A stretch of DNA of 64,000 bases. Origin: Bacteroidaceae bacterium. GTDB lineage: Bacteria; Bacteroidota; Bacteroidia; Bacteroidales; Bacteroidaceae. Every line of letters starts with the position of its first letter. Position 1 is the first letter of the stretch. Positions 21,220 to 30,164 of the stretch are shown piece after piece. The stretch lies in contig JAFXVU010000144.1 in the NCBI GenBank assembly GCA_017534705.1, positions 646 to 64,645 of the forward strand, written 5' to 3'. The notes beneath the pieces were generated by a model, which saw only the letters and a program-made list of their open reading frames with translations, did no database searches and was not told where the DNA came from. The position numbers were made by a program, and so were the translations under genes.

Positions 21220-22740
21220 TTACATCGTCGTTGGCTTCAAGCCTATTTCCTCAGCTTTCTTCAGCACAAATGCCAACGCCACGTCATATTCATTGGCTAT
21301 GACGCCATCCACAATAGCATCCTTGACAGCTTGTTTCAAGATACCGACCTCTTTTGAAGGCTTCAAGTTGAAAATCCTCATGATTTCCTCACCATCAATA
21401 GGAGGTTGGAACAGCCTGATACGGTCTTTCTCTTTCAAAGCATCCATCTTCTCGCGTACCATGCGGTAGTTGTCAAGAAAACGCTGTTTCTTTTCTGCTT
21501 TCTTAGATGTGATGTCAGCTTCACAGAGCAACATCAAATCCTCGATATCATCACCAGCATCAAACAGCAGACGGCGAACGGCAGAGTCTGTCACCTCATC
21601 ATCTGCGATGTTGATGGGACGCATGTGCAGTTCCACCAACTTCTGGACATACTTCATCTTATCGTTCAGAGGCAATTTCATCCGTTTGAAAATACCTGGC
21701 ACCATCTTCTGGCCAATGAAATTATGGCTATGGAAGGTCCAACCCAACTGATTGTCCCATTTCTTGCTTGCGGGTTTGCCTATATCATGGAGCAGTGCTG
21801 CCCAACGAATCCATAGCTTACGCTCTGAATAAGTCATTAAGGATTCATCCTGAACGCCCTCACTTGCTAATGGAGCATCTGGTTTATCCCCCCAATCGGC
21901 TGTGGCACGGGCCACATTGTCAAGCACTTCCAGTGTGTGGAAGAAATTATCCTTATGACCTCGTCCATTCACCACCTCAACACCTGTCAAGGCCTGCAAC
22001 TCGGGGAAAATCAAAGCAAGCAAACCTGAACGTTCCAAATCCACAAAACCTTTCGATGGAACCGGAGATAGGATTATCTTATTGAGTTCTTCGATGATAC
22101 GTTCCTGAGAAATAATCTTGATTCTCTCCACCTCATGTTCTATTGCCTCAAAGGTTTCATCCTCAATCATAAAATTGAGTTGGGTGGCAAACCGGATACA
22201 ACGCATCATACGCAAAGGGTCGTCACTGAATGTAATCACAGGGTCGAGCGGCGTACGGATGATGCCGTCCTCAAGGTCCTCCAAACCATAGAAAGGGTCA
22301 ACCAACTCACCGAAGCGGTCGGCATTCAAGCACAAGGCCATGGCATTGATGGTGAAGTCACGACGGTTCTGGTCGTCCTCGAGTGTACCATCCTCTACAA
22401 TGGGCTTGCGCGAACCACGATTGTAACTCTCGCGACGGGCTCCCACAAACTCCACTTCCATTCCCTTGTATTTCACTTGCGCTGTACCGAAGTTCTGGAA
22501 GATGGAAACACGGGCTTTCTTGCCCAAACGCTCTTGCAACCGTTGGGCGACAGCTATTCCCGAACCTACCACCACCACATCGATGTCGTGGGAATGACGT
22601 TCCAAAAACAAATCACGCACATAACCACCAATCACATAGCATTCCACTCCCATCTCATCAGCAGTTTCTGAAATGGCATGGAAGATGGGTTGGTCTATCT
22701 CGCTTTTTAGTTCTTCATCTGTAAGATATCGCATATTCAT
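21220..22740 (-). CDS. CCA-adding/poly(A) polymerase-family tRNA nucleotidyltransferase with HD domain
   Basis: Motifs GGYVRDLFL, RDFTINAMA, LLHDIGKP. The track start 22788 lies upstream of the -7 box at 22755..22762, so ATG 22740 (MNMRYLTDEEL) is preferred. Confidence 0.8.
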   Translation of the reverse strand: MNMRYLTDEELKSEIDQPIFHAISETADEMGVECYVIGGYVRDLFLERHSHDIDVVVVGSGIAVAQRLQERLGKKARVSIFQNFGTAQVKYKGMEVEFVGARRESYNRGSRKPIVEDGTLEDDQNRRDFTINAMALCLNADRFGELVDPFYGLEDLEDGIIRTPLDPVITFSDDPLRMMRCIRFATQLNFMIEDETFEAIEHEVERIKIISQERIIEELNKIILSPVPSKGFVDLERSGLLALIFPELQALTGVEVVNGRGHKDNFFHTLEVLDNVARATADWGDKPDAPLASEGVQDESLMTYSERKLWIRWAALLHDIGKPASKKWDNQLGWTFHSHNFIGQKMVPGIFKRMKLPLNDKMKYVQKLVELHMRPINIADDEVTDSAVRRLLFDAGDDIEDLMLLCEADITSKKAEKKQRFLDNYRMVREKMDALKEKDRIRLFQPPIDGEEIMRIFNLKPSKEVGILKQAVKDAIVDGVIANEYDVALAFVLKKAEEIGLKPTTM

Positions 22741-22754
22741 GTCTTTTTCGGACG

Positions 22755-22762
22755 CAAAATTA
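22755..22762 (-). promoter_or_regulatory. -7 box for the CCA-family gene
   Basis: Reverse complement TAATTTTG, 15 nt upstream of ATG 22740. Confidence 0.5.
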
Positions 22763-22804
22763 CGATTTTTCCACGTCTTTTCGTCCACTCTTCTTCAAAA
22801 AATG

Positions 22805-22812
22805 TAATTTTG
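22805..22812 (+). promoter_or_regulatory. -7 box for the lipoprotein/UDG pair
   Basis: TAATTTTG, 77 nt upstream of ATG 22889. Confidence 0.5.
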
Positions 22813-22888
22813 TACTGAACTTGCAGGGAGGCGACGTGTCGCATCCATTCCCTTGAACCTATATAGACTATTAAACCCATACAACCTT

Positions 22889-23767
22889 ATGAAGACGTAT
22901 CCATTTTTTATAGGAATAATACTTTTAGTGATGGCTGTCTGCTCGTGTGATAGCAAGAGGGACAATGGCGACAAGGAGGCTGCCGCATTGCTGACAGAGG
23001 CACGTGGATTAATCGCGTCTGGAGCATACGAACAAGCACGTACCCTCATTGACTCTCTCCGTTCTGCCTATCCGAGGGCTTTTGATGCCCGTAAGGAAGC
23101 CATTGAGGTAATGAATATCCTGGAAATCAAAGAGGCTCAACATGAAATAGCTGTTGCTGACAGCACCTTGGCCGCCCTGTCTCAAGACATCAACCAATTA
23201 AAGAAAGATTTCCTTTTGGAGAAAGACCCACGGTATCAGACTGTAGGGTTTTATAAGGACAAACAACAACCTGCATCTTCACTTCATCGCACCTGCCTCT
23301 ATGCTGAGGTGGATGAGACTGGGCAACTTTTCCTCGTATCAGTACTTAACGGCAAGAAACTCCACCATGAAACCATCATAGTGGAAACTGGTACTACCGA
23401 CAAGAAGGAAAGTCCTCGCTGTTTCTCTTTCGTCACCGACAATTCCAACGGGTATGAAGAACAGGCATCCTTCAAGAAAGGCACAGATAACGGCATTGTC
23501 GATTTCATTACAGAAAACAGTGGCAAAGCCATCCAAATCACTTGCAAAGGCGATGCTGGCACTCACCGCTACCAATTATCCAAAACCGATGCCTTGTCGA
23601 TTGCACGCTGTAACGAACTAGAACGTGCCTTGCAACGCGAACAACAGCTGAAACATTCCACTGACAGTCTGCGGATAAAAGAGAAATTCTTTACCAAAAA
23701 GCAGGAGAAGGACCTCAAGAACATCACTCCTGCCGAGGAGAAAATCATTCATCAAAAGGACATCTAA
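22889..23767 (+). CDS. Hypothetical lipoprotein
   Basis: ATG 22889 gives MKTYPFFIGIILLVMAVCSCD (lipobox-like, Cys). Coiled-coil-like N-terminal and C-terminal segments. No family recognised. Confidence 0.5.
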   Translation: MKTYPFFIGIILLVMAVCSCDSKRDNGDKEAAALLTEARGLIASGAYEQARTLIDSLRSAYPRAFDARKEAIEVMNILEIKEAQHEIAVADSTLAALSQDINQLKKDFLLEKDPRYQTVGFYKDKQQPASSLHRTCLYAEVDETGQLFLVSVLNGKKLHHETIIVETGTTDKKESPRCFSFVTDNSNGYEEQASFKKGTDNGIVDFITENSGKAIQITCKGDAGTHRYQLSKTDALSIARCNELERALQREQQLKHSTDSLRIKEKFFTKKQEKDLKNITPAEEKIIHQKDI

Positions 23768-23808
23768 AGGTTTTTCGTCCTAAGCTTTAAGGTAGCTACT
23801 TGTCGAAT

Positions 23809-24486
23809 ATGAAGTTCACCTTTGAACAGCCTGCACATTCAGACCCTTCAATGACCACAAACAATTACCTTGATATCGAGGCCATTCGCCTGTCCGACAA
23901 TGGTGTAGAGCGGCATCCCTTACGTCCTTTTCTGCCCGAAAACGCACGTGTCATTTTTCTTGGAAGTTTTCCTCCGCAACGCAAACGGTGGTCGATGGAT
24001 TTTTTCTACCCGAATTACATCAACGACCATTGGCGAATTGAAGGACTGGTATTCTCCAACGACAAAGACCATTTCGTGAACACCAAGAACAAAACATTCA
24101 AACTGCCAGAGATAGTGGATTTTCTCAACCAAAAAGGTATTGCACTCTACGACACTTGCACAGCCATCCGACGACTGAAGGACAATGCCTCTGACAAGTT
24201 CCTGGAAGTGGTGGAAGCCACCGACATCAAAGCGCTGTTAGGTCACTTGCCACACTGCCACTTGGTTGTCACCACTGGCGAGAAAGCAACCGACACAATA
24301 ATGGCTCACTTCGGTATCGAATCCCAGCTGAAGGTAGGGCATTCCTTACCCACAGGCCTCGTCAACAGAGATGACGAGCCTATTGAAATCTATCGTTTAC
24401 CCTCTTCCTCACGCGCATATCCCATGAGCATCGACCGGAAAGCAGACTTCTACCGAAAGATGTTTACTTATGCGGGAATACTGTAA
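23809..24486 (+). CDS. Uracil-DNA glycosylase superfamily protein (HDG/family-6-like)
   Basis: The track start is TTG 23800; the first ATG is 23809. FLGSFPP and FFYPNYINDHWRI motifs resemble the UDG-superfamily proteins common in Bacteroidales. Sub-family not verifiable by eye. Confidence 0.5.
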   Translation: MKFTFEQPAHSDPSMTTNNYLDIEAIRLSDNGVERHPLRPFLPENARVIFLGSFPPQRKRWSMDFFYPNYINDHWRIEGLVFSNDKDHFVNTKNKTFKLPEIVDFLNQKGIALYDTCTAIRRLKDNASDKFLEVVEATDIKALLGHLPHCHLVVTTGEKATDTIMAHFGIESQLKVGHSLPTGLVNRDDEPIEIYRLPSSSRAYPMSIDRKADFYRKMFTYAGIL

Positions 24487-24495
24487 GCTAACAGA

Positions 24496-24523
24496 AAGGG
24501 GGCCAAGCGAACTTGACCCCCTT
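24496..24523. terminator. Hairpin between the UDG-family gene and tsf (convergent)
   Basis: AAGGGGG/CCCCCTT 7-bp GC-rich stem with a 14-nt loop. Confidence 0.45.
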
Positions 24524-24556
24524 ACCTATTGCTTAATTATCTTAAAGACAATTTGT

Positions 24557-25549
24557 TTACTCTGAGCGAAGTGTGAAACGCTTGAAATCGGTAACGGTCA
24601 GTTCCTTGTCAACGCTGGCCAGATACTGGGAAACAGTAATCTTGCTGTCGTCGATGTAAGCCTGGTCGAGCAGACAAACCTCCTTGAAGTACTTGTTCAG
24701 ATGACCCTGAGAAATCATCTCAATCTTCTTCTCATTGAGGTTCTTGCGTGCCTCTTCGCTGGCAGCGGGGATAATCTCGCGTGCCTTGGCACCCTCTTCC
24801 TCAGTGATATAGCCCTTGGAGATGTTTGAATTGATGTGGTCCTCACTATCCACAAGGTTAGGATTGATACCAGCCTTCTTAAGAGCAATCTCCACAGCCT
24901 TCTTCACTTCATCCTCCTTAGTCTTGTCAATGATAGAGGCAAGCTCCTTAGCACGAGCCTCAGCAGTGACATCCTCTTCCTTCAGATAAAGAGGAGACAT
25001 AGCGGCAGCCTGCATGGCGATACCCTTTGCTACCTCTTCGCTGCATTCCTTATTCATGGCAACGAGAGTGCAGAGGAAGTTCTGACCCATGTGGTTGTAA
25101 GCCACTACCTTCTCGCCCTCGATGGTGAAGTAACCATCAAGCTCCATCTTCTCACCTGTAACACCACTGCGGTAAGTCACAGCCTCAGCCACGGTCTGGT
25201 CACCCAGTGTCAGAGCGTTAAGCTCATCGATGCTCTTGGGCTTCTTCTCCATAGCAAGTGCGAGGATGTCGTTCGCGAGTTTCACAAAGTCAGCGTTCTT
25301 GGCGACGAAGTCAGTTTCGCACTTCAGTGCGACCATAGCACCGTACTTGCCTTCAACCTTGGCGAGAACACAACCCTCGGAGGCCTCTCGGTCTGAACGC
25401 TTTGCGGCTATCAGCTGACCCTTCTTACGGAGAATCTCCATAGCCTTGTCTATATCACCTTCTGCCTCTGTCAACGCTTTCTTGCAGTCCATAAGACCTG
25501 CCTGCGATTTCTGACGGAGTTTGTTGATTTCTGCTAATGTAACAGCCAT
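24557..25549 (-). CDS. tsf: Elongation factor Ts
   Basis: 330-aa ORF with a UBA-like N-terminus EINKLRQKSQAGLMDCKKALTEAEGDIDKAMEILRKKG. Confidence 0.95.
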   Translation of the reverse strand: MAVTLAEINKLRQKSQAGLMDCKKALTEAEGDIDKAMEILRKKGQLIAAKRSDREASEGCVLAKVEGKYGAMVALKCETDFVAKNADFVKLANDILALAMEKKPKSIDELNALTLGDQTVAEAVTYRSGVTGEKMELDGYFTIEGEKVVAYNHMGQNFLCTLVAMNKECSEEVAKGIAMQAAAMSPLYLKEEDVTAEARAKELASIIDKTKEDEVKKAVEIALKKAGINPNLVDSEDHINSNISKGYITEEEGAKAREIIPAASEEARKNLNEKKIEMISQGHLNKYFKEVCLLDQAYIDDSKITVSQYLASVDKELTVTDFKRFTLRSE

Positions 25550-25590
25550 TTTTTCTATTTTAAATATGGTTATTGTTATTGATTCAAATA

Positions 25591-26433
25591 CTAAGCCTCG
25601 TCAGCCTCTTCTACATCAGCTGGAGCCTCCTCGTTCTCGTCCTTAGCCTCAGGCTTCTCTGCACGGGCTTTTGAACGAAGTCTTCTTGGAGCTCTCTCTT
25701 TTGGCTCGTCGCCTTCACCAGCGGCTTCCATGTCGATTTTCTCGGCCTTACGCTCCTCAAGTCCCTCAGCGATAGCGGCACAGCAAGCGCCTACAATCAC
25801 GTCGATTGACTTGGTGGCATCGTCATTGGCTGGAATCACGAAGTCGATGTCGCGGGGATCAGAGTTAGTGTCAACGATGGCGAACACAGGAATACCAAGA
25901 CGCTTGGCCTCGCTCACGGCGATTTTCTCCTTCATCACGTCAACCACAAAAAGTGCTGATGGCAGACGGGTCAGGTCAGCGATAGAACCGAGGTTCTTCT
26001 CCAACTTAGCGCGCTTGCGGCGAATCTGAAGGTTCTCACGCTTGGACAGCTTGTCGTATGTACCATCGCTCAACAGTTTGTCGATGCTGGCCATTTTCTT
26101 CACGGCCTTGCGGATGGTGGGGAAGTTGGTGAGCATTCCACCTGGCCAACGCTCAATGACGTAAGGCATACCGATTGACTTTGCCTTCTCCTCTATGACG
26201 TCTTTGGCTTGTTTCTTAGTAGCAACAAAAAGTATTCTCTTACCCGATTTTGCAATCTGCTTCAATGCGTCTGCAGCCTGGTCCACCTTGGCCACTGTCT
26301 TGTGAAGGTCGATGATATGAATGCCGTTGCGCTCCATGAAGATATAAGGAGCCATGGCTGGATTCCACTTTCTCTTGAGGTGTCCGAAATGGCTACCAGC
26401 CTCAAGCAGTTCATCAAATGTTGTTCTTGACAT
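25591..26433 (-). CDS. rpsB: 30S ribosomal protein S2
   Basis: 280-aa ORF with LLEAGSHFGHLKRKWNP. Charged C-terminal tail of ~50 aa. Confidence 0.95.
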   Translation of the reverse strand: MSRTTFDELLEAGSHFGHLKRKWNPAMAPYIFMERNGIHIIDLHKTVAKVDQAADALKQIAKSGKRILFVATKKQAKDVIEEKAKSIGMPYVIERWPGGMLTNFPTIRKAVKKMASIDKLLSDGTYDKLSKRENLQIRRKRAKLEKNLGSIADLTRLPSALFVVDVMKEKIAVSEAKRLGIPVFAIVDTNSDPRDIDFVIPANDDATKSIDVIVGACCAAIAEGLEERKAEKIDMEAAGEGDEPKERAPRRLRSKARAEKPEAKDENEEAPADVEEADEA

Positions 26434-26580
26434 AAAATGTTGTTTGTTAAATTGTTTACGTTCCTTTTAGTTTTGATTCTGAAAACCAACCCCCAGGTAG
26501 TTCGGACGTCTGTACCGACCGGAATCCTGATGGTTTGGATGCTAAACGATGAGTTCCAATAAGTAGCGTCTGAATAAATA

Positions 26581-26967
26581 TTAACGCTTGCTGAACTGGA
26601 ATCTGCGACGTGCCTTTGGCTGACCTGGCTTCTTGCGCTCTACAACGCGAGAGTCTCTTGTCAGGAAGCCTTCCTTGCGAAGGGCTTTCTTGTCCTCTTC
26701 ATTAATCTTCACCAATGCTCTTGCAATGGCAAGACGGAGAGCCTGGCTCTGACCTGTGAAACCACCACCGCGGAGGTTTACCTTGATGTCGTACTTCTCT
26801 GCAACGTCAAGTAAGTTGAGTGGCTGCTTCACCACATACTGAATCAACTCTGAAGGGAAATAATCCTTGAGGTCTCTCTTGTTGATAGTGATCTTGCCTG
26901 AACCATCAGACACATATATACGTGCTATCGCGGCTTTACGACGACCTAATGCATTTACTACTTCCAT
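26581..26967 (-). CDS. rpsI: 30S ribosomal protein S9
   Basis: 128-aa ORF with GRRKAAIARIYV and the C-terminal KARRRFQFSKR. Confidence 0.95.
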   Translation of the reverse strand: MEVVNALGRRKAAIARIYVSDGSGKITINKRDLKDYFPSELIQYVVKQPLNLLDVAEKYDIKVNLRGGGFTGQSQALRLAIARALVKINEEDKKALRKEGFLTRDSRVVERKKPGQPKARRRFQFSKR

Positions 26968-26976
26968 AATTGTCTG

Positions 26977-27438
26977 TTATTTCAAAAGGTTAATATCTAT
27001 GGTCTTTGGCTGCTGGGCGGCCTGCTCATGCTCTGGGCCCTCGTAAATGCGAAGGTTATCAAGCAGATGGACACCAAGATGGTTCTTGGGAAGCATGCCC
27101 TTGATGGCATGGCGAACGATGCGCTCGTAACCGTTCTTCTTGCTTACCAACTCAGCGGCAGTCTTCTTGTGCTGACCACTGGGATAACCAGAGAAGGTAA
27201 GATAAACCTTTTCCTGCATCTTGTTGCCGGAAAGTATGACTTTGTTGGCGTTGATGATGATGACATTGTCACCACAATCCTCATTGGGTGTGAAGCAAGC
27301 CTTGTACTTGCCACGAAGGATCTTGGCCACCTTGCTTGACAAGCGACCGAGAACCTGGTCTGTAGCATCTACTACCACCCACTGCTTGTTGGCTGTCTGA
27401 GGAGTAGCGATGTTAGTTCTGAAACTTAAAGTTTTCAT
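26977..27438 (-). CDS. rplM: 50S ribosomal protein L13
   Basis: 153-aa ORF with WVVVDATDQVLGRLSSKVAKILRGK. Confidence 0.95.
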   Translation of the reverse strand: MKTLSFRTNIATPQTANKQWVVVDATDQVLGRLSSKVAKILRGKYKACFTPNEDCGDNVIIINANKVILSGNKMQEKVYLTFSGYPSGQHKKTAAELVSKKNGYERIVRHAIKGMLPKNHLGVHLLDNLRIYEGPEHEQAAQQPKTIDINLLK

Positions 27439-27585
27439 CTTTAAATTCTGGATTTTTGTTACTACTAATTAATTTTCAATTCTTTTCTTGCAAGTGATTC
27501 ACAGACCACGACATAGGCCAATATGTACGCTATCTACACACTTGTTTGGAGGCGTTTCACGCGTCTCCTGATAATAATCGGCGTG

Positions 27586-27593
27586 CAAAATTA
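27586..27593 (-). promoter_or_regulatory. -7 box for rplM-rpsI(-rpsB-tsf)
   Basis: Reverse complement TAATTTTG, 148 nt upstream of rplM ATG 27438, implying a long leader. Confidence 0.5.
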
Positions 27594-27679
27594 GCACTTT
27601 TCACTCATCTGACAAAGATTTTTCGTGATTTTTTTCACTAATTTACACCCATTTATAGGCTTCATAGCAACAAAAATGC

Positions 27680-27687
27680 TAATTTTG
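27680..27687 (+). promoter_or_regulatory. -7 box for the radical SAM gene
   Basis: TAATTTTG, 82 nt upstream of ATG 27769. Confidence 0.5.
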
Positions 27688-27768
27688 TAATGACAACAAT
27701 CATAAAAAAGTGTAAAACGACACTCCACTGAGCCTGAGTAGTGCTACACAACAAAATACAATAAAGGG

Positions 27769-28704
27769 ATGAATAACGACAATCTTTATAGGGAGTTCGG
27801 ACCTTGGCTGAAAGAGATAGTGGGCTTGAAGGTACAGAAAATCTCCATCAACGCTGGATTCACTTGTCCCAACCGCGACGGAAGCATTGGAACTGGTGGA
27901 TGCACTTATTGCAACAACCAGACATTCAACCCCGCTTACTGTGTCACTTCCAAAAGCGTCGCCGAACAACTTGAGGAAGGGAAACAATTCTTCGCCAGGA
28001 AATACCCTGAAATGAAATACTTGGCCTACTTCCAAGCCTACACCAACACCTATGCTCCTTTTGACGAGACGGTAGCTAAATACGAGGAGGCGCTGAAAGT
28101 GGACGATGTGGTGGGACTGGTCATTGGCACTCGCCCCGACTGCATGCCGGACCAACTCCTCGATTACCTCTCCGCATTGAGCCGTCAGTATTTTATTCTT
28201 TTGGAATATGGCATTGAGTGCGCTGACAACAAGGTCCTTCAACATATCAACCGGGGACACACCTTCGAACAGACTAAAGAAGCGGTGAGCAGAACTGTCG
28301 AAAAGGGCATATACACTGGAGGCCATGTCATCCTTGGACTGCCAGGCACAGACTGCCTGAATCCCACCCGTGAGGCGGAAGCCATATCGTCATTACCTCT
28401 ACACGTCTTGAAAATACATCAGTTGCAACTCATCAAAGGAACAGTAATGGCGGACGAATACGCCCACCATCCAGAGATTTTCCACCTGTTCACGGCAGAT
28501 GAATACATCGACTATGTGATTGATTACATCGAGCACCTGCGTCCTGACATCGTGCTGGAACGTTTCGTTTCCCAGTCACCCGCCAGCCTGCTCGCCACGA
28601 AAGGATGGGGCCTCAAAAACTATGAGTTTGTGGAACGCTTGAGAAAACGCATGAAGGAACGCGGGGCCTACCAAGGAAGACTTATGCCTACTGCACGCTC
28701 TTGA
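27769..28704 (+). CDS. TIGR01212-family radical SAM protein (YhcC-like)
   Basis: 311-aa ORF with the Cys cluster CPNRDGSIGTGGCTYCN. The 3' end overlaps the convergent gene at 28688 by 17 nt. Confidence 0.8.
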   Translation: MNNDNLYREFGPWLKEIVGLKVQKISINAGFTCPNRDGSIGTGGCTYCNNQTFNPAYCVTSKSVAEQLEEGKQFFARKYPEMKYLAYFQAYTNTYAPFDETVAKYEEALKVDDVVGLVIGTRPDCMPDQLLDYLSALSRQYFILLEYGIECADNKVLQHINRGHTFEQTKEAVSRTVEKGIYTGGHVILGLPGTDCLNPTREAEAISSLPLHVLKIHQLQLIKGTVMADEYAHHPEIFHLFTADEYIDYVIDYIEHLRPDIVLERFVSQSPASLLATKGWGLKNYEFVERLRKRMKERGAYQGRLMPTARS

Positions 28705-29338
28705 GCGACTCCACTCCGTCCTTTCGCTCAATGTTTCCGCTGACGAAGCGGACTTCGTAACCAAACTTGGAGAGCAGCTCCGACACTGCTTTCTGGGCAT
28801 TAGCCTGAGCCTGTTTACGAATCTTTGGCGTGTCGTACTTTTTCTTCAACTTGTTTTCAACAGCGCGCTTCATGGGGTCTGTGTCATGGTCTTTCCAATA
28901 GTCCTCATCATCGGACATGAAACGTGAGTCCTGCGTGCTTGCCACATACTTGATGTCGGGCAGCCGAACCAGAACCACATTGCCGGAATCAGGTGTATAA
29001 GTGACTTGGTCAAGGTCAAGCACGAAGCTGATTTTCTGCTGAACCACCTGGACGCAAGAGTGGGACTCAGGAAACAGCAATGCATGACGCTCCGTTTCCT
29101 GCTTGGTGACAAAGTCCTCGGCCACAAGAGAATAAAGGTAAAGCTCACCTTTAGGCCTCACACTCTCAATCATGGCGGAGGTGTCCTCAAGGGGAAGTTG
29201 CTCTAGTTCCTCTTCTTCTTTGGGGAGACACGACTTCACAAGGAATGCCGCAAGAGCGATGAAAGCAAGCGCCAGCACACCGAACAACAAATACTGCAAA
29301 GCTTTCGACATAGTTTTTCTCTCGTCTTTTTTATTCAT
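28688..29338 (-). CDS. DUF4230-like membrane-anchored protein (copy A)
   Basis: 216-aa ORF with an N-terminal TM helix (ALQYLLFGVLALAFIALAAFLV), a beta-rich middle and a helical C-terminus ending ...LLSKFGYEVRFV. The architecture matches my recollection of DUF4230. Confidence 0.5.
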   Translation of the reverse strand: MNKKDERKTMSKALQYLLFGVLALAFIALAAFLVKSCLPKEEEELEQLPLEDTSAMIESVRPKGELYLYSLVAEDFVTKQETERHALLFPESHSCVQVVQQKISFVLDLDQVTYTPDSGNVVLVRLPDIKYVASTQDSRFMSDDEDYWKDHDTDPMKRAVENKLKKKYDTPKIRKQAQANAQKAVSELLSKFGYEVRFVSGNIERKDGVESLKSVQ

Positions 29339-29350
29339 TTTCTCTGCCTC

Positions 29351-30040
29351 CTATTTATTCTTCGTGACTACTGTGACATCCTTGAAACCAAGGCTCTTAA
29401 CGATTGACTCTACCATAACGATGGCGTTTCTCTCTATATCGCCCTCAACATTGCGTTTGATGTCATCCCCTTTTTTTATCACCTGGTCGTACGCTTTCTT
29501 GCGAAGTTCCTCCTCCGTCTCGTGACCAATGGAAGAACGGAGACCTGTAGAAATTGCCACCACCTGCTTACGGTCGTAATAAAGGTTATAACCCGAGTCT
29601 ATGACTTTGGGCTTTGGAAGCATCACATAAACAGAGGTACTGTCATCTGACACCTTGACATCGTTGACACTCAACTCTTTGAGATTATAACCATACTTCA
29701 CCGTGATTTCCACTGGAATAATGCATTTACGGTCGCCATATTTCCACGTACGGATGTCGGTAAAACGGAAATGCTCGCTTTTCGAGGTGTCGTAGATGGC
29801 GAGTTTGCTAATCTTCACTTCTGTGGTAACCAAATCCGTCTCTTCTTTCAAGAGACCTAAGATATCTGCAGCAGTAGGCACAGAGGCCACCTTCTCCGTC
29901 TGGTCAGCGGCTTCATCACCGTTACAACGTTCCACCAACCAGATTGCACCCACTATCAAGAGGAGCACCAACAGTTTTCCCAACTGTCCCTTATTTTCAA
30001 GAATGGATTTCTTTATGTTTTCAGCGTCAAGTTCACTCAT
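29351..30040 (-). CDS. DUF4230-like membrane-anchored protein (copy B)
   Basis: 229-aa ORF with the TM helix LGKLLVLLLIVGAIWLV and the same architecture as copy A (…VKYGYNLKEL…, …VESIVKSLGFKDVTV). Lies 12 nt upstream of copy A. Confidence 0.5.
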   Translation of the reverse strand: MSELDAENIKKSILENKGQLGKLLVLLLIVGAIWLVERCNGDEAADQTEKVASVPTAADILGLLKEETDLVTTEVKISKLAIYDTSKSEHFRFTDIRTWKYGDRKCIIPVEITVKYGYNLKELSVNDVKVSDDSTSVYVMLPKPKVIDSGYNLYYDRKQVVAISTGLRSSIGHETEEELRKKAYDQVIKKGDDIKRNVEGDIERNAIVMVESIVKSLGFKDVTVVTKNK

Positions 30041-30130
30041 ATCTTCACAAAAAAAGATAAATCTACATGATGATTAACGATAGTTTGAAATAAAAAGTGT
30101 TGCAATTTACAATCTTTCGGGGAAAATAAG

Positions 30131-30138
30131 TATTTTTG
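30131..30138 (+). promoter_or_regulatory. -7 box for the DPP-IV gene
   Basis: TATTTTTG, 27 nt upstream of ATG 30165. Confidence 0.55.
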
Positions 30139-30164
30139 CGATAAATTTTTAACAAAAGAATAGA

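Noticed and set aside
27700-28326. 208-aa minus-strand ORF overlapping the radical-SAM gene and its promoter.
   Set aside because: It runs antisense to a gene with a clear radical-SAM Cys cluster. It would begin inside that gene and end in the promoter region.
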